This document shows positions 59,486 through 62,979 of a stretch of 62,979 nucleotides of DNA, in pieces. Origin of the DNA: a virus. The stretch lies in the IMG/VR virus record IMGVR_UViG_3300023216_001509, one strand, 5' to 3'. The first letter of the stretch is position 1; each line of letters opens with the position of its first letter. Under the pieces are notes generated by a model. That model did not search any database. It had not been told where the DNA came from and worked only from the letters and a program-made list of their open reading frames with translations. The translations under genes and the position numbers were made by a program.

Positions 59486-59800
59486 ATGATGAAATGGAAA
59501 GTGATTTACCGTGGGGAGGAGTGGGATGTCCGCTGGGACGAGGACAGCACTCCACGCCTTCAGGCGTTCCCTACAATCCTCGATCACTTGGGATGGATGG
59601 TTGAACTCCGGACAGGGGAAGACAGGGAGGGGCTGTTCTATTTTCGGAATGATATGTTTGTGCCAGGGAAGGAAATCCTGGACACGGGTGCCGCCATTTT
59701 CTCATTCATGAAGGTGGCGTTCGGAGTTGGCAATGTGAAATTCATAGAGGGAGAAGTTCCCGATTTTGGGCCGGAGTTGCCTGAGTGGGCAATTCCATAA
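59486..59800 (+). CDS. Hypothetical 104-aa protein
   Basis: ATG lies 2 nt after the upstream stop. Confidence 0.4.
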   Translation: MMKWKVIYRGEEWDVRWDEDSTPRLQAFPTILDHLGWMVELRTGEDREGLFYFRNDMFVPGKEILDTGAAIFSFMKVAFGVGNVKFIEGEVPDFGPELPEWAIP

Positions 59801-59816
59801 TCAAGGAGAAACGGCT

Positions 59817-60050
59817 ATGGTTGATTTCAAAAAGATGTACGAGGAGCTGAAGGTGGAGGAGGGCAAGCTAGAGGCGGGCGGCAAGTCCGCAGGGATGGTT
59901 GGCACGGCAGTGAATGTCCTGCGCATTTGTTGGCAATGTGATTGCTCCGACTGGCGCGAGGTGGAGGCAGCAGAAAGGAAGAAGAAACCTGCTGCGAAGA
60001 AAAAGAAAACAGAGGGGTCGCCTACCTCGCCGTCAGGCGTAGGTTCGTGA
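59817..60050 (+). CDS. Hypothetical 77-aa protein with a Lys-rich tail
   Basis: AAGGAGAAACGGCT-ATG. Confidence 0.4.
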   Translation: MVDFKKMYEELKVEEGKLEAGGKSAGMVGTAVNVLRICWQCDCSDWREVEAAERKKKPAAKKKKTEGSPTSPSGVGS

Positions 60051-60172
60051 CCAAGGGGCGCTCCCTTCCTTGGGTGAACTCCCGTTCGCTGGTTAGCTTT
60101 CACCAGTCGAACTCTCAAGGAAGGTGACGCGTCCGCGGGTCGGCAATGGTGGCTGGGGTGGGCGCCGACCTG

Positions 60173-60550
60173 CTATCGACCGGCGCAGACCGGGCCGATG
60201 CCGGTCTCGATGCTCAGAGGGTTTGTGAGCGGCCGGTTACAGACGCGGCACCTGCCCTCGAACATATAGTCGACCCCATGCTGGTCGGCGTAATGGTCAG
60301 TCCGAATCAGCATGTCGGCATACTTGGCGAACAAGGGCGTTGCCTTCTTCCGCCAGACATTGATCGACCCGTCGTCGGTCACAAATCCGAAGCCCCGATA
60401 ATCCTCCCCGTCGCACAGCAACGAAACCACCCGCTGCCCGGGCGCGAAGTTTGACTCCTCGTGTTGCGTCCGGACTTGGAAGGTTCGGTGGCCTCCCGTG
60501 GTAGGGTTCCGAAGGGTGATGGTTCCGTTGTGGGTTGCGAGCTTGAACAT
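60173..60550 (-). CDS. DUF6011-like protein
   Basis: C-terminal GRCRVCNRPLTNPLSIETGIGPVC. Conserved leader upstream. Confidence 0.55.
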   Translation of the reverse strand: MFKLATHNGTITLRNPTTGGHRTFQVRTQHEESNFAPGQRVVSLLCDGEDYRGFGFVTDDGSINVWRKKATPLFAKYADMLIRTDHYADQHGVDYMFEGRCRVCNRPLTNPLSIETGIGPVCAGR

Positions 60551-60572
60551 TTGGTCTCCTTGGTTGGTGGTG
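60551..60572 (-). promoter_or_regulatory. Conserved CA-rich leader/SD cassette
   Basis: Minus strand reads CACCACCAACCAAGGAGACCAA-ATG. It fills the gap from the upstream stop. Confidence 0.7.
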
Positions 60573-60989
60573 TTACGAAAGGTATTCCATGACGACGATT
60601 ACTTTTCCCAAACGCTTCGCTTCACGAATCGCTTCATTTGTTTCGGCCATGCAACGATACGACTCGCCATGCCAACTGTGAAAGTGGGCATCATTGTCAG
60701 CCACCCATTTCCGGATGACAACGCCTTCCGCTTCCCAATTATCAGGACACGGTTCGCCGGTCTGCTTTTCAACCTCGTCCAGGATTTCGGTCACGGTGGT
60801 GAGTATTACACGCCACGGGTTGGCAGATTCTTCACAGCCTGCCTCGAGGCCAAGTTCCTTGACCAGCTCGAGGAGGTGGTTGGCCACAACAGGGCGGGCC
60901 GCGAGGGTTCGCCATTCCAGTTTCATGTAGCGGGCAGCTGCCTTCAGTGTTCCGAGGTCTTTCGAATTGAAGTTGAATTTGACGGTCAT
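60573..60989 (-). CDS. Hypothetical 138-aa early protein
   Basis: Conserved leader upstream. Confidence 0.5.
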   Translation of the reverse strand: MTVKFNFNSKDLGTLKAAARYMKLEWRTLAARPVVANHLLELVKELGLEAGCEESANPWRVILTTVTEILDEVEKQTGEPCPDNWEAEGVVIRKWVADNDAHFHSWHGESYRCMAETNEAIREAKRLGKVIVVMEYLS

Positions 60990-61016
60990 GGTGGTCTCCT
61001 TGGTTGGTGGTGGTGT
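60990..61016 (-). promoter_or_regulatory. Conserved CA-rich leader/SD cassette
   Basis: Minus strand reads ACACCACCACCAACCAAGGAGACCACC-ATG. Confidence 0.7.
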
Positions 61017-61406
61017 TTACAGACTGAAGAAACTGTCGATGGTTGCTTGGGCAGCGACTTGGGCAACGATGCTGTCCGCCTTTGTCCAAGTCACGTCGCC
61101 GTCCAGCGCCTCTTCCTTTTCCATTGCATCCCAAGTTTTGAACAGGATGTTGGTGCGCTTGCGGTGGGTTCGGTTATCAATTTTCTTGCCATTGATGTGC
61201 TTGATAATTCCCTCGGCGGTTTGAATTTCAAACACTCCCGAGCGGTGGGAACCACCGTAACCGACGGCGCTGATTAGCTCGTCGATGGTGGTCTCGGTGT
61301 CCAGCACCTTGGTTCCACAAGTGACGGTGAAATTTTCAGGGGCCAGTCGGTTTGATTCTGCCTTGCGGAAGAAGTCGATTTCTTGTGGTTTGAATTTGAG
61401 TGTCAT
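61017..61406 (-). CDS. Hypothetical 129-aa early protein
   Basis: RBS TAGGAGACCAAC-ATG. Confidence 0.5.
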   Translation of the reverse strand: MTLKFKPQEIDFFRKAESNRLAPENFTVTCGTKVLDTETTIDELISAVGYGGSHRSGVFEIQTAEGIIKHINGKKIDNRTHRKRTNILFKTWDAMEKEEALDGDVTWTKADSIVAQVAAQATIDSFFSL

Positions 61407-61415
61407 GTTGGTCTC

Positions 61416-61526
61416 CTAGCGAGTGGTGAAGGGTTTTGAAACTGGGCCAATTTTGGCTTCAAATCGGACGGCCAGTTTGTGGCCGAAGTAAAGTGTTGCT
61501 GCGATTGTTATCGTGATGGTCAACAT
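61416..61526 (-). CDS. 36-aa hydrophobic peptide (not in the ORF track), first ORF after PL3
   Basis: CGGAGACCAACC-ATG. Translation MLTITITIAATLYFGHKLAVRFEAKIGPVSKPFTTR. Confidence 0.3.
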   Translation of the reverse strand: MLTITITIAATLYFGHKLAVRFEAKIGPVSKPFTTR

Positions 61527-61560
61527 GGTTGGTCTCCGTTGAGTTACTGCTTGTCCATGT

Positions 61561-61589
61561 AATATATCGGCTGTATAAAACCCTGTCCA
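61561..61589 (-). promoter_or_regulatory. Sigma70-like promoter PL3 (TGGACA-17 nt-TATATT)
   Basis: About 70 nt (61551-61617) is nearly identical to 39771-39840, including the upstream palindrome cctgatattttcagg. Confidence 0.7.
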
Positions 61590-61686
61590 CTCCTATTCCC
61601 TGATATTTTCAGGAAATCCTTTAGGGGGCAGGACGCTACCTGACGCACCTGAACCACCTGACGGGCTCATGCCCAACCTGACCATC

Positions 61687-61736
61687 CCGATCCGATCCGA
61701 TCCGATCCGATCCGATCTGATCCGATTCGTACCCCA
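61687..61736 (+). repeat. (CCGAT)n pentanucleotide array (8 perfect units plus 2 more), about nine GATC sites; inverted partner of 36-65
   Basis: Direct reading. Confidence 0.95.
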
Positions 61737-61745
61737 ACCTGACCA

Positions 61746-62225
61746 GCGAGATTTCCAGGTGGCTTCTCGGCAATCTCGTCCTACGAAACAAGGGGAATCG
61801 TTACAATCTCGCCCAGGTAAAACATTCCAGCGAGATTTCCAGGTGGGTTCTCGTCAATCTCGTCCTACAAAACAAGGGGAATCGTTAGAATCTCGCCCAG
61901 GTAAAACACCACCAATCTCCAGGCCGTTTCCCAGGTGTTTTCCAGCGAGATTTCCAGGTGGCTTCTCGGTGATCTCGTCCTACGAAACAAGGGGATCGGT
62001 ACAATCTCGAACGCCCGAAACCACCCCCATTTCCCCAGCTGAAAATCTCCAGTCAAAATCCCCAACCGAGATTCTCGGTGGGCTCTCGGTGATCTCGTCC
62101 TACGAAACAAGGGGATCGGTACAATCTCGCTGCACCTGAAACCACCGTTGATTTCCAGCAGCGAGATTCTCGGTGGGCTCTCGGTGATCTCGTCCTATAA
62201 AACAAGGGGATCGGTACAATCTCTC
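61746..62225 (+). repeat. Five dispersed ~65-bp direct repeats with internal dyad GCGAGAT...ATCTCG...ATCTCGC
   Basis: Units start at 61746, 61830, 61945, 62066 and 62161. A degenerate sixth lies near 62262-62318, and a truncated hybrid copy at 70-100. Confidence 0.9.
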
Positions 62226-62937
62226 CCAGGTTAATTCCCAGGCTGGTTCCCAGGTAAACGTGATCACGATTCCCAGGTGGCTTCTCGGCAATCTCCACCT
62301 ATGAAATAAGGGGTTTCCCAGGTTAATTCCCAGGCTGGTTCCCAGGCTAATCCCAGGGGCCAGGCCAATTCAATTTCCAGGGGGCGGTTCCAGGCTGGTT
62401 TCCAGGGGGCAGTTCCAGGCTGGTTTCCAGGTGGTGGTTCCAGGGCGCTCAACCTAGAAAACAAGGGTTTCCCAGGTTGGTTCCCAGGCTAGGCACCAGG
62501 CTGTTCCCAGGTGTTTCAAAATAAGTTTCCAGGGGGTGGGTTTCCAGGTCACATTCCAGGTCACATTCCAGGTCACATTCCAGGTGATTCTCCAGGTGAT
62601 TCTCCAGGTGATTCTCCAGGTTGTTTCCACTATGAAATAGGGGGTTTCCAGGTCACATTCCAGGTGATTCTCCAGGCTGTTTCCCAGGTGATTCTCCAGG
62701 TCACATTCCAGGTGATTCTCCAGGCCGTTTCCCAGGCTGTTTCCCAGGCTGTTTCCCAGGTGTTTCCCAGGCTGCCTCCCAGGTGTTTCCCTGCGTGTCC
62801 CCTACGTGTCCATGCGTGTCCCTGCGTTTCCCAGGTGTTCGCAGTTGTTGCCCTGCGTGTCCCCTACGTGTCCCTACGTGTCCCAGGTGTCTGCAGGGGT
62901 TTCCCTACGTGTCCCTACGTGTCCCTACGTGTCCCAG
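62222..62937 (+). repeat. Dense same-strand array of (T)TCCCAGG / TTCCAGG motifs, including 12-bp tandem repeats
   Basis: By-eye count of about 43 CCAGG and no CCTGG. ggtcacattcca x3 and ggtgattctcca x3 at 62548-62619. gtccctacgt decamers at 62790-62935. Confidence 0.9.
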
Positions 62938-62979
62938 GTGTTTGCAGGGGGTTTCCCAGGTGGCGGGCAAATCGGATCG
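62938..62979. repeat. Terminal overlap, copy 2 (identical to 1-42)
   Basis: See the feature at 1-42. Confidence 0.9.

Noticed and set aside
60051-60172. Bidirectional terminator between the convergent genes 59817..60050 and 60173..60550
   Set aside because: Only short 5-6 bp inverted repeats are present (ccaagg/ccttgg, ctggt/accag), with no U-tracts. This is not convincing.
61669-62139. 156-aa ORF, with neighbours 61865..62110, 62053..62298, 62100..62291, 62264..62464 and 1..228
   Set aside because: The translations are low-complexity read-through of DNA repeats (IRSDPIRSD, repeated QSRPTKQGES). They overlap each other in several frames and have no RBS.
61746-62225. Possible CRISPR array, suggested by repeated ~38-65 bp units separated by other sequence
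   Set aside because: Spacing is irregular (84-121 bp). The intervening sequences are themselves partly conserved between units. The repeats are too long and internally dyadic. No cas genes are present.
1-62979. Prophage or lysogeny module (integrase, repressor, att sites)
   Set aside because: No tyrosine or serine recombinase motifs and no CI/Cro-like pair were recognised. The ends overlap each other rather than host DNA.

Overview
The window appears to be one complete dsDNA tailed-phage genome with siphovirus-like organisation. Bases 1-42 are identical to 62938-62979, so the sequence closes on itself; unique length is about 62.9 kb. Rightward late block 1 (138-18377): small membrane proteins, DUF2213-like scaffold, decoration-like protein, encapsulin-type HK97 major capsid, connectors, tail tube, G/G-T chaperones with a GGGAAAC -1 slippery site, a 1160-aa tape measure, a 1005-aa Cys/Thr-rich fibre candidate, and a glycosyltransferase/methyltransferase cassette. 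Rightward late block 2 (47923-60050): a Tat-signal matrixin-type metalloprotease, TerS, TerL, a metallophosphoesterase, portal, and a MuF-type polyvalent minor head protein. Leftward early and DNA-metabolism blocks (47720-18401 and 61526-60173): sigma factor, SNF2 helicase, primase, replication organiser, DnaB-type helicase, CsrA homologue, C5 DNA methyltransferase, SNase-like nuclease, a full preQ0 pathway (QueD, QueE, QueC, PRTase-FolE fusion) with DpdA, sliding clamp, split family-A polymerase, clamp loader, gp32-like SSB, RecA/UvsX-like recombinase, resolvase, and Mre11 with a split Rad50. I saw no integrase, repressor, tRNA or CRISPR array. The most unusual signals are non-coding: (1) two type II hammerhead ribozyme motifs with covarying stems placed right after stop codons in the early operons; (2) a reiterated CA-rich leader (ACCACCAACCAAGGAGACCAAGACC-ATG) in front of about 8-10 early genes, in a phage that also encodes CsrA; (3) a thrice-repeated sigma70-like promoter; (4) a roughly 1.45-kb gene-free repeat region (61620-62979 plus 1-137) with inverted GATC-bearing pentanucleotide arrays, five ~65-bp dyad repeats, and about 40 same-strand CCAGG motifs. 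All protein family calls come from reading the translations by eye, with no searches run. The host cannot be determined from the sequence alone.
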